64,000 bases of DNA from Octopus vulgaris (lineage: Eukaryota). The notes beneath the pieces are model-generated. The model saw only the letters and a program-made list of their open reading frames with translations, was not told the DNA's origin and ran no database searches. Of this stretch, positions 28,945-41,705 are shown one piece after another. Position numbers and translations under genes: made by a program. Each line of letters starts with the position of its first letter. Position 1 is the stretch's first letter. The DNA lies in contig OX597836.1 of assembly GCA_951406725.2 (NCBI GenBank), positions 12,338,001-12,402,000 of the forward strand, read 5' to 3'.

Positions 28945-29005
28945 CTGTGTGTGTGTGTATGTGCAATGTAATATACATGTATTTGTGTGCGTGTGTGAGT
29001 GTGTA

Positions 29006-29050
<45 letters not shown>

Positions 29051-29176
29051 GTATACTTACATACATATATATGCATGTGTCTGTAATCTATGTCTATATA
29101 TACTTGTATATTTGTGTAATATATATAAATGCATGTATGTTGGATATGTGTGTATATATGCATATATGTGTGTGTG

Positions 29177-29209
<33 letters not shown>

Positions 29210-29817
29210 GTGTATATATATATATATGTGTGTGTATATATATACACATATGCGTATATAGTATATCTACATATGTATATGCATATATCTCTCTCTGTGT
29301 GTGTAATAAAATATTCATGTATGTGTGTGTTTGTCTATATATTCACATTCACACACACACACACACACACAGATGATGTTACAATTGCCAATCTAGTGTA
29401 ACTTTTCGCTGGTGCTAGTGTGTCCACTCACAAGTAATGATTGATGCTTGATGGCCACCACTTATCCCCCCATGACCACCACCACCAACCTCTACAGCCC
29501 GCTGTCATTCCCAACTCTGACCGACCCCTTTCCCCTTTCTGACTTTTCCTTCTCCATCTCCCTCTTTCTCTCTCTCCACCTCTCTTTCTCTCTCCCTTCT
29601 TACCTTAATCATAACTTACTGTTGTCCTCTGCCCAGCAAGCTATTACATGTACCCATCTATCTATCTTTCTATCTATCTATCTATATGTGTGTGTGTGTG
29701 TGTCTGTTATATGCATTCATCTTTTTTCTTCCCTTCTTTCTTCCCTTCTTTCTTCCCTTCTTTCTTGCCTTCCAACTTGACTTAATCATAACTTTGTGTT
29801 TGCATCTGTCCAGCAAA

Positions 29818-29858
<41 letters not shown>

Positions 29859-30026
29859 TTACGCACATATATATATAGAGATACATACACACACACATGT
29901 ATATATATATATAATGTATACACATACATATGTATATATATATATACACACACACACATTCGTATATACACATACACACATTCATGTGATAAATACAAAC
30001 ACATAATATATATACATGCATCTGTC

Positions 30027-30188
<162 letters not shown>

Positions 30189-30869
30189 CATTCATCATAG
30201 TTCCTACTCCCTCTCTCTCTTTCTCTCTCATTCTTCATCTCTCTCCCTCTCTCATTCTTCATCTCTCTCCCTCTCTCCTTCTTCTCCCATGTCATAACTA
30301 TCCTTTAGTTACTGACTTAGATGCATTTCTCCAAATCTTCCCTTTAATGACTGTCTTTCAGAAAAAGTGGGAATCCTAATAACTGTTGGCATTTCCATTA
30401 TTTCGGTTACTACAGCTGCTGCTGCTGCTGCTGCTACTGCTGCTACCAGTGCTGCAATAAGGAGAGAGAGAGAGAGAGAGATTGGTGAGTGGCAGGGGTG
30501 GAGAGACGCAGGCAACAACAGTAACCAAACTAGCTGAGCTTTAAAGTCGGTAATCCATCACGGAGCCAAAGTCTAAATAGGGAGTTTGGACAAGGGGTAG
30601 GATTGTTCCATAATGATTGGGTGAGAGAGAGAGAGGGAGGGAGGGAGGATGGATGGAGAGAGAGAGAGATAGTATGGGGGGAGTTGGGAGAGCGTCGGTG
30701 AGGGGTGTGGGCAGGAAGGATGGAGGAACTTGGAGACTTCTTATTGTTTCTGAATATTCTTCATAAACATTCCTTAATACAGGCAGCTGATATGCTCCAT
30801 CTACTTGACGCATGTGTGTCTATGTGCCTATACACATATATATATATACACATATATATATACATATAT

Positions 30870-30912
<43 letters not shown>

Positions 30913-31460
30913 TATATATATACATACATACACGTATGTTTTTGTATATATGTTTGTAGATGTGTATGTGTGTCTTTGTGTGTGCATGTATATGTGTGTG
31001 TATATACATATATATATACATATATATATATATATGTCTCTGTCTGTATGTATATATACATATATGTATGTATGTTTTTGTATACGTGTGTCTTTGTGTG
31101 TGCATGTGTATGTGTACAAATGTATGCACATGTATGTAGATGAATGTATCTTCATATATCAATGTATTTATCTGTCTCTCATATATATATATGTGTGTGT
31201 TTATAAATATTATATACACACCATATGTGTATATGTATGTATAAGTGCATACATGCACATTCATGTGTGCTTCTTGGTATATGTAGGTGGCGTGTTGATA
31301 TGTCCATATATACACACACATGTACATTGGTGTGTTCATATAGGCTCGTGTATGTGTATTCATGTATATATATATATACATATATACATTTGCATGTGAA
31401 TTCATATATGTGTGTGTGTGTGTTTTCATATATAAGCTTATATAGACGTGTATGTATATT

Positions 31461-31507
<47 letters not shown>

Positions 31508-34500
31508 GTATATATATGTGCTTATGTAGATATGTGTATGTATATCCATTTATATGCTTATATAAAGGTGTATGTATATTCATATAAATGCTTATATAGA
31601 CGTGTGTGTATTCACATGTGTTTATATAGATGTATTTATTCATATGTATGTCGATAAATGCTTGTCTTCATATGTTTATATTGTCATCCGCATGCATATA
31701 TCCTTATCTACTTATATACACATGCACATATGCTTATGTATCAACAGACACACACACACACATACGGTGACTTCTTCAAACCATCTAATAATATATGCCA
31801 AAGCTGTCTTTAACAACTTGTGTATATGTGTGTGTATTTGTGAATGTGTGTCCCTGTACTTGTAAGATTGTGTGTCTGTGTCCATGTGTGTATATTTGTC
31901 TATGTGGGTACTTCTTCAAACTAACACTACTTCATCTCTTTCTCACTCTCCCTCTCTGTCTCTCTATCTATCTCTCTCTCTCTCACCTAGTCCAGGCATC
32001 AAAGCTATTTGTCTGTGAGCTAAAATGTTTCTTTCCTTCTGTTTCTTCAATTGTCATCTGAATATTTCGGTAATATAAATAATTATTTCAAAATAAAAAA
32101 GGAAAGGTATTTGTTGTGGAAGAATTCCAACCCCACTCCCATGTGATTAATGGTGGAATGTCTCGTTATAAAACAAAGAACTGTCAAGTCATCAGGGGTT
32201 CGTGTTAGTAGCAGTTCACTGTGAGCTGTTGATGTAGAGCATTGAGTCTCGTGTAACAGTAATAGTAGTGCGTCGTGTGTATACTTTCTTTTCCCCTGCT
32301 TCATTATATTATATACCCAATACAAGGATATAAAAGTATTATCATATCACAAATCTGGTTGTGTGGTTAAGACATTTCTGATTTTGTAGTCTTTCCATCT
32401 CTGGTCCAATCCCAATGTGCAGCAACTTGCGCTGATGTCTTCTCATCTGACCAGTGCTTTGTCAGCAAAATTTAGTCAAATGGAAATGGTGAAGAAGACC
32501 ATTTTATATGTGTGTGTATGTAAGGAATAGTCACAAATGCTAGAAACATGTGAAAGACAAAGCAAATGAAAGCTTACCCTTCATCAGCTATGTCACTTGG
32601 GATTCTGGCAGTTTTGACACCTTGAAATGGAACCTTTTATCTGAATAGAATCAACAACTGATATTTTGTTCCATTCTTGAGAAGAAACCATTATTCTACA
32701 TCACTTTAGGTCTCTCTCTCACTTCTTTCTCCATCTCCCTCTCTCTCTCCTGTCTCTATCTCTGTCTTTCTCTCTTTCTCTTCTATCTCTATCTGTCTCT
32801 TTCTCTTTACATTATTTCCCTTAATTATTTCTCTTTGTCTTTCTCTCTCTCTCTCTTTACTGTCTCTTCTTTCTCTCTCTCCACCTCTCTGTCTCACTCT
32901 CTCTCGTTCTCATACACATATATTTTCTCTTAATTACTATTTTTGCAATTAATGAAATCCTACCAAGGAATCTCACACAATTGACAGCTTTTCCTTTCTT
33001 TACAAATGTACAATCAAATTGATAGAACCAGCTCAACAGAAAGCTGTGGCTGTCATACACTCTTGACAAAACACGTATATAATTTCTGAAATAATGTATG
33101 CTTTTCTTTTGAACAAATCTTCAGTGATTTATTTTTAAAATCAAAATTTTTTTTGTAAGGTTCGTCTCAGATAATAAAAAAAAAAAAATACCAAAAAATA
33201 TTGGTAATCTCACTAAAAGAACTTACAAGGGCTTCTAAGAAGCCTCTTATCTGTTTAATTTTGTAGAAATACATGATATTTACTGGAAATTTTTATCTGA
33301 AATATTCTTTTTTTTTTTCTGCTCTTTTCAGGTAAACAAAATATTTGACATCTTCAGCTTGCTTCTTGCCATATCAAAAGCCTACGTCTTCATCGTTCTC
33401 GTCTGTCATCAACTAAATCAGGAATAAGTCTCACACACTTTTCTTGTTTGTTTGTTTGGTTTTTTTTTTACTTGGGTTTATTTCTTTCTTTCTTTCTTCC
33501 TTTTTTATATCATCTCAATTAATTCTTTTTTTTTTGACATTTTTTTTTTTTTAAATTTAAAAAGCGAATTTTTTTTTTATATACTTTTTGCAATTTTTCT
33601 CCTCTTCAGATATGTCATGTTGTAAACATTGTGACGTAGTTTCTCTCTCTCTCTATCCTTCCCTTTCTCTTTATCTCTCCCCTTTTCTCTCTCTCTCCTT
33701 TTTCTCTTTCTCTTACTCTCCTTCTCTTTTTTCTTCCCTTTCTCACCTCTTCTTCTCTCACATTTTCTCAGTCTCTCACCTTTTTCTTTCTTTCTTCACT
33801 TTCTCTCTATCCTTCTCTCTCTATCCTTTTTCTCTTTCTCTCACTCTCCTCTTTCTTCTTCTCTTTCTCTCTCACCTCTTCTCTCACCTTTCTCTCTTTC
33901 TCTCTCCTTTTTTCTTTTCTCTCTCTCTCTCCTGTCTCTCTCTCTCTCCCTTTTTCTCTTTCTTCCCCCCTCACTCCCCCCCCCCCCCGTTCGTGGTTTA
34001 AATCAAGAAGAAGTATCAAAATTAAACAAATATAAATTAGAAGACTGCCATCTTTTTAGCTTTTTATACAATTAATTCATTTAACTACCTTCTGGCTAAA
34101 TGAAACTATTTCAGTCTTTTATTGATTCCATTTGTTGTGCAGCGGCCATGCTGGAGCACAGCCATCTAAAAGATATTTTTCTTGTATTTTTTTTTTCTTT
34201 TTTTTTTTTCTGTGTAGCCAATCCATTCCACCCAGCTTCTCCATCCTGGCACATGTTTTGTTTGTCTGCTATCAATTGCCAAGATACACTGTGACATTGA
34301 TACATCAGTTCACATGAGTAAACATACACACACACACACACACATACACACATACACGCACGTTGACACACAGACATGCACATTTTTCTAATGGTAGAGC
34401 TCGAAGTAGATAAGGCTACAAGCAAAAGCATGTTGAACAGAGGTTCTCACCCACTCCTTATCTTTGGACCCCTTTGATGGCCCCAGTCTGATGACATATA

Positions 34501-34514
34501 TATATATATATGTA

Positions 34515-34694
34515 AGCATGGTTGTGTGGTAAGAAGCTTGCTTCTCAACCACATGGTTCTGGGTTCGGTCCCGATGCGTGGCACCTTGGGCAAGTGTCTT
34601 CTGCTATGACCTTGGGCCAACCAAAGCCTTGTGAGTGGATCTGGTAGATGAAAACTGAAAGAAGCCCATCGTATATATGCATATATATATATAC

Positions 34695-34727
<33 letters not shown>

Positions 34728-34933
34728 ACGTATGTGTGTGTTTGTGTGTCTGTGTTTGTGTTTGTCCCCCCAACATCGCTTGACAACCGATGCTGGTTTG
34801 TTTACGTCCCTGTAACTTAGTGGTTCAGCAAAAGAGATCAATAGAATAAGTACTAGGTTTGCAAAGAATAAGTCCTGGGGTCAATTTGCTCGACTAAAGG
34901 CAGTGCTCCAGCATGGCCACAGTCAAATGACTA
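34515..34933 (+). mobile_element. Family A SINE, full length
   Basis: Same head, CORE-like block and AAGTAAAAGAGTAAAAGA tail. Confidence 0.9.
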
Positions 34934-35740
34934 AAACAAGTAAAAGAGTAAAAGATATATGTGTGTGTATGTATATGTATATATATATATATATATATGT
35001 ATATATAAAATCTCACCTTCTTTGTCTGCATATTCCTGGGAGGGTCATGAGAGCAGTGTGTTCAAGAATGGGTCCTGCCAGAACCAGCTGTCTCCAGTTG
35101 ATCTGGCTGAATCCCTAATTCAGTAAACAGGGGACTTAGTAGATAAATAATTAAGTACCAGGCTTAGCTAAATACTGGTGGGAGAATGGGGGGGGCGATA
35201 TGCTCGAGTAGAACATTTGAATGTCGGTGCCCTAGCATGGCCACCGACTGGCAACTGAACTCAGTCAATGAATTTGTAAACGAGCTACATCACAATACAA
35301 CCACCACCACCACCACTACTAATACTACTACTACTAGTAATAAATAGCAGTCAATGACTTCAAGAATTGTTCGTGAGACTAGTTGGAAGTCTTTACCTAT
35401 TTATGTGTGTTGTGCTTTTTTTTAGTTTCCAACCTGTTAAAACTATTTCTTTACACGTTAGTTTACCTAACAGCATTTGACTTGTGTCAAGTGCTGTTAG
35501 TTAACCTCACGTTGGTACTAACAAGACTCACTACCGGTACAAACCCTCCTCCCACCGACCCACCCCTGCCTTGTATATAGCCTGGCGGGCTGAAGTTCTT
35601 TCTGACTGTTTTTGACTCTTATTGCAAATGGGAAAACGGCAGACGATCGTATAAAAGAAAATTGAAGAAAAAAAACATGTTAAACTGTTGTTTATTATGA
35701 TTATTTGTCTGTCTGCTTAGCTGTTTACTTGTTTGTATAT

Positions 35741-35787
<47 letters not shown>

Positions 35788-36101
35788 CAAAAATAAGGGC
35801 AAAAGAAAAATTCTAATGCCAAATATGCCGAAAAAAAGACAAAAATTGTCAATAACCATTATAATTTATGCGTAACGAAACAAGGTAGAAATTTCTAAAA
35901 GATTCGTTATTACCGTATTGGTCCCAATTTCGGGGTTAATTCTTAAGAATTTTCCCTTCTTCAGCGATAAATAAATTTAACCTTTAAAGGTATTTTTTGA
36001 TATGCTGGCCATGGATAAAATTTTTTTCCCGAAAAAAATTTTATCCTACATTAGGTATATATATATATATATATATATAGTGTGTGTCCACATGCACAGA
36101 T

Positions 36102-36290
36102 ATCATCATCGTCATCGTTTAGCGTCCGTTCTCCATGCTAGCATGGGTTGGACGGTTTGACTGGGGTCTGGGAAGCCAGAAGGCTGCGCCAGGCCCAGTC
36201 TGATCTGGCAGTGTTTCTACAGCTGGATGCCCTTCCTAACGCCAACCACTCCGTGAGTGTAGTGGTTGCTTTTTACGTGCCACCGACACC
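36102..36290 (-). mobile_element. Family B retroposon (3' part)
   Basis: (CAT)n tail plus family B core. Confidence 0.85.
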
Positions 36291-36330
36291 AAACTTATAA
36301 TGTAATACATGTCTTTGATGTGGTAATTGT

Positions 36331-36420
36331 GCGCAGCTGAGGAAGGCTATTGACATACATATTACATCAATTATGCATTGATATAAACTGTCCAATAAAG
36401 TCAGAAACATATGTACCACT
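36331..36420 (+). ncRNA. Type I hammerhead ribozyme-like motif, Penelope-like remnant
   Basis: CTGAGGA 36337-36343, long stem II (ATTGACA/TGTCCAAT, inner ATCAAT/ATTGAT), GAAA 36404-36407, palindromic CATATG, GUA triplet. Stem I is mismatched. Confidence 0.65.
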
Positions 36421-36973
36421 AAATCCTTTGCATCCTGTTTTTCTTTTGATAAATATACCCTATCACCTACACCACTAACTGGCATATACAGGTGCTTACA
36501 GTTATCAAGTATTCACCCTGAATTTTATATATATATATATAGATAGATAGATAGATTGAGAGAGAGGAGTGTATAGATGGTGGAGGCTCATGGCATAGGG
36601 TTGCAGTTGTGATCATGAGGTTGTGGTTTCGATTTCTGGACAGGCTGATGCCTTGTGTTTTTTAGTAAAACCTCCCCTCGCACCGACACCATGTGATCTG
36701 CTAGCAGACAGCCCTCTTGGACGTTCCTTTCTTGAAGTTCTTTCTCCTAAGACCATGGTGCCATTAGTCTGCAAAATTAATCTCCGCACATACACATCAG
36801 TACCTCTCTCTTTCTCTCATTCACTCACTCTCTATCTATCTCTCCATCTATCTATCTGCAATAAAAGATACTCATTAACATATTGGTAAAGTTTATAGCA
36901 TAGAAATTTCTGTCTGTCTGTCTTTCATTAATGATTCTTAATTTCATGTTGGTGGTGGGACATAATGGTCTAG

Positions 36974-37035
<62 letters not shown>

Positions 37036-37343
37036 TATTATTATCATTATTATTATTATTATTATTATTACCATTATCATTCCATCTTTATCATTACTGT
37101 TACCATTATTATTGTTGTTATCAATTTATTGATCTCATCCGTATTTGTTTTATTGTTGCTTTGGTCTCTCCTTTCTTTCTTTCTTTGTTTCTTGTATTTT
37201 CAAAGAAATCGATCTTCAGAAATTTGCATAAAATGCCTCTTGTTATTCCTTACCTTTTTTCCTTTTCTTTTCTACGTGTGTGTATGTATACATGCACACA
37301 CACACACACACACACACATATACTTTGGTAGATATGTGTAGAC

Positions 37344-37377
<34 letters not shown>

Positions 37378-38027
37378 GTATATCTTTGTCTTTTTCATTT
37401 CCCTTGGTTCCTCCTCCTGATTTCAAATACAATCGGCGACAAGGGATCTTATGAAATATGTTCATATTTAATCTCAACTTTTCCTTTTTGTTTGTTTTTT
37501 TTTTTGCTCCATCTCATCCCATCCCCCTCTACACACCTCCGTCTCCTCTCTCCTCGTTCAAATTATGTTTCGTTAAAGCATAAATATTATATTCTTGCAC
37601 ATTGCCAAAAACACACATACATTCACAACCTGAAGATAATAGCTTGCTGAGATTTTTTTCTTTTTCTTTCCTTTTATTTTTTTGTTTTTTCCTTTTCCTG
37701 TTTTTTTTTTGTTTTTGTTTTTTTTTTTTTGTATTTTCGTTTTTTTCTTTTCTTGGGGTTTTCTGATTCAAGCAACAAAGGCCAATATTTTAATTGCCAC
37801 AACTCATTTGCTGCAATAAAACCTGACACCATCACCCTCCCACCCATCCTCTACACCCCCTTGTCACTCCCACACCCAACCCCATTCTTCTTCATCTCTC
37901 ACTGGAACAATCACACTCACCACTCAGACCATCTCCAGCCAACACACCCAACCACAATGCATTTCATAAAGAGGTGTTTGAATTTCATTTCATATTAGGG
38001 CCCCAAATATGTAATCAAGTCCTTGCT

Positions 38028-39075
38028 TAACCCTCTTGTATTCACATTATTCTGTCAAAATTAATCCTTATTTATTCACATTGTTTTGAATTAATCATGC
38101 ATTATCTCATCGCTTTGAGATTTCAGTGATGTGATTGTTTATTTTTAGAATGACATTGTAGGGTAGGTGTGAGAGGCTGGATCTGGCCTTGTTTTGAATT
38201 AATCATGCATTATCTCATCGCTTTGAGATTTCAGTGATGTGACTGTTTATTTTTAGAATGACATTGTAGGATAGGTGTGAGAGGCTGGATCTGGCCTTGT
38301 TTTGAATTAATCATGCATTATCTCACAGCTTTGAGATTTCAATGATGTGACTGTTTATTTTTAGAATGACATTGTAGGGTAGGTGTGAGAGGCTGGACCT
38401 GGCCTTGTTTTGAATTAATCATGCATTATCTCATAGCTTTGAGATTTCAATGATGTGATTGTTTATTTTTAGAATGACATTGTAGGGTAGGTGTGAGAGG
38501 CTGGATCTTACCTTGTTTTGAAATTAATCATGCATTATCTCATAGCTTTGAGATTTCAATGATGTGACTGTTTATTTTTAGAATGACATTGTAGGGTAGG
38601 TGTGAGAGGCTGGATCTGGCCTTGTTTTGAATTAATCATGCATTATCTCATAGCTGCAAGATTTCAATGACGGAATTGATTATTTTTAGAATGACATTGC
38701 AGGGTAGGTGTGAGAGGTTGGATCTGGCCTTGTTTTGAAATTAATCATGCATTATCTCATAGCTTTGAGATTTCAATGATGTGATTGTTTATTTTTAGAA
38801 TGACATTGTAGGGTAGGTGTGAGAGGTCAGACAGAGCTAGTTTAACCTTTCAGCATTCAGATTACTCTGTCGAAAGTAATGCTTATTTTATTCACATTGG
38901 CTTGGATTATTAATCAAGAATTCTCTTAGATTAGCTTAGGGATTTCGATGAGGTAACTGTTAATTCTTTGAATCATATTGTACGGTTGGTGTGAGAGGTC
39001 AGATCTGTCCAGAGTGAACATAAAAAAGGTCAAATATTTCAGTCAAATATGACCGGTTCAAATGCTAAAGAATTC
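38028..39075 (+). repeat. TTAA-type MITE with seven tandem 108-109-bp internal units, followed by a second MITE copy
   Basis: Units start at 38081, 38189, 38297, 38405, 38513, 38622, 38730. TTAACCCT start at 38028. The second copy runs from TTAACCTTTCAGCATT (about 38842) to AATGCTAAAG (about 39070). Confidence 0.92.
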
Positions 39076-39159
39076 AGCACTTAAGTTCTCCTTCACCAGA
39101 TGCAGGTGGGATTGAACCCAGGTGCACATGACTGCAAAACAAACTTCTAACCCACACAG

Positions 39160-39192
<33 letters not shown>

Positions 39193-39432
39193 CCCTGGTC
39201 ACATGCATGTATATGACAATGTGTGAAGTGTATGTTAAATAGTAATACGAGTGTGGATATATATAGATACCCGAGATCCAATATGTGTCTGTTTACGCTG
39301 CCAAAATACATGTTATGTGAAATATAACTGTACAAGAGCAGAACCTACAAATATACATGTGCAGCGGGTGGCAGGGTGGGGTACTGTGTGTCTCTCTTGG
39401 GTGCAAGGCAATGGTATTTATATAGTCAGATT

Positions 39433-39463
<31 letters not shown>

Positions 39464-39578
39464 AAATTTATGTATGTGTGTATGTATATATGTACATATG
39501 TATATATATATATATATATGTGCACACATATATATATGCACATATACTTATATGTACATATACACATAATGTATATGC

Positions 39579-39611
<33 letters not shown>

Positions 39612-39849
39612 AACATATGTGTGTGTGTATAAATGAACATGTATACGTAGTGTTTATGTATACATAAACACTACCTATATATATATATATACATATATAT
39701 ATATGTATATATATATATGTATATATATATGTATATATATATATGCATATATACAGATATAGGGATATATATATATTTACATAGTCATATGTATATACAT
39801 ATAAGTATGTATGTATTCATGTATATGTAATTATATACATGTATGAGTA

Positions 39850-39886
<37 letters not shown>

Positions 39887-40578
39887 GTACACACACATAT
39901 GTGTATGCATGTGTGTTAAAACCATTGTTTCATTCAAGGAATGATGCTTAATACACAAAAGCAACTATTATTAACTTCAGCAAAATCAACTCAATCAAGA
40001 ATTACCATATTTCTGGAGAGTCTTTTTTTTTATTTATTTTTTTATTGTATTTTGATAGTATTTTTTTTTTGTTTTTTTTTTTCTGCTTTTTTTTTTCTCT
40101 GCAAGTTGGCACCTGCATTCTGTGACACCTTTAATAAGCCAATTTGTGGCATGCTTGGAATCGTTAAAAGTAATTTCCCATCTTTAGCACAATCATAGCA
40201 AGCACCATTGAACAAGAACCACATTGGCAAGAGACCAGAAATTTTCTAGCAATGACAGCAGCATTATCGGAACACGTATGTCTTAGATCTGAGATCTGCC
40301 GTTGCCGTTTTTATCTAATTTCACACTCTTGCGAAGCTGAAGAATAGAAAAATCTTCATTTACTTCATTCCTGTATGCTTTTTGCTTATGTATATGTGTG
40401 TGTATATATATGTCAGGGTCTGTGAGTGTATTTATATGTTGCATGTTTATACATACATACATACATACATGACTGAGTGTGTTTGTGTGTGCATAATTGC
40501 TTGGCTTGGTTATTTTTTTCCCTGCTAAAACTAAGACCAGCAGATTGTTAGATTTTTAATGCCAAATGTATAAAATGT

Positions 40579-40626
<48 letters not shown>

Positions 40627-40628
<2 letters not shown>

Positions 40629-40774
40629 CGTAGGAGTGGCTGTGTGGTAAGTAGCTTGCTTACAAACCACATGGTTCCGGGTTCAGTCCCACTGCGTGGC
40701 ACCTTGTCTTATTCTATAGCCTTGGGCCGACCAACGCCTTTTGAGTGGATTTGGTAGAAACTGAAAGAAGCCCG

Positions 40775-40828
<54 letters not shown>

Positions 40829-41063
40829 GTATGTGTGTGTGTATATGTTTGTGTGTCTGTATTTGTCACCCCCCCACCCCTCAACATTGCTTGACAACCG
40901 ATGCTGGTATATTTACGTCCCCGTAACTTAGCGGTTCGGCAAAAAAAAAAAAAGAAAAAATAAGTACTAGGCTTACAAAGAATAGGTCCTGGGGTCGATT
41001 TGCTCGACTAAAGGCGGTGCTCCAGCATGGCCACAGTCAAATGACTGAAACAAGTAAAAGAGT
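40627..41063 (+). mobile_element. Family A SINE
   Basis: Head GCGTAGGAGTGGCTGTGTGGTAAG to tail AAGTAAAAGAGTA. Confidence 0.9.
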
Positions 41064-41164
41064 ATACATATATACATATACATATATATATATACATATA
41101 TATATATGAATATGAATAAAAGTGAGATTGATAGATCGATAACTATATTCTTGTCACTAACAGA

Positions 41165-41390
41165 CAGCAAGCTGGCAGAATCATTAGCATGCCGGGCAAA
41201 AATCCTTAGGAGTATTTCGTCTGTCTTTAGCGTTCTGAGTTCAAATTCTGCCATGGTCGACTTTGCTTTTCATCCTTTCAGGGTCGATACATTAAGTACC
41301 AATTGTGTGCTGGGGTCAATCTAATCGACTGCCACCCACCCCACTCAACCAACAATTTCAGACCTTATGCCTAGGGTTCAAAAGAATAGT
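41165..41390 (+). mobile_element. Family C SINE
   Basis: AGCTGGCAGAATC head, GAGTTCAAATTC B box, Meta-like block. Confidence 0.8.
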
Positions 41391-41640
41391 TTGTATGCTG
41401 GGCAAAAAACTTACCAGCATTTCGTCGATCAACATTCTGAGTTCTACCTGGCCAGCTCCTCTCAAACTCTCCTACCCATGCTAGCGTGGAAGGCGAACAT
41501 TAAACGATGATGTTGATAATGCTATGGATCAGAACAGCTTGATTCAAATTTCATGCCACTTAAAGTTCCAAAGCCCCTAATTAATGAGGCTTATCACCAG
41601 ACCAGTGAAATTTGCAACTATATATATATAGATATATATA

Positions 41641-41705
<65 letters not shown>

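Noticed and set aside
38081-38838. Possible CRISPR-like array
   Set aside because: The units are fully tandem with no unique spacers, derive from a MITE, and lie in a eukaryotic context with no cas genes.
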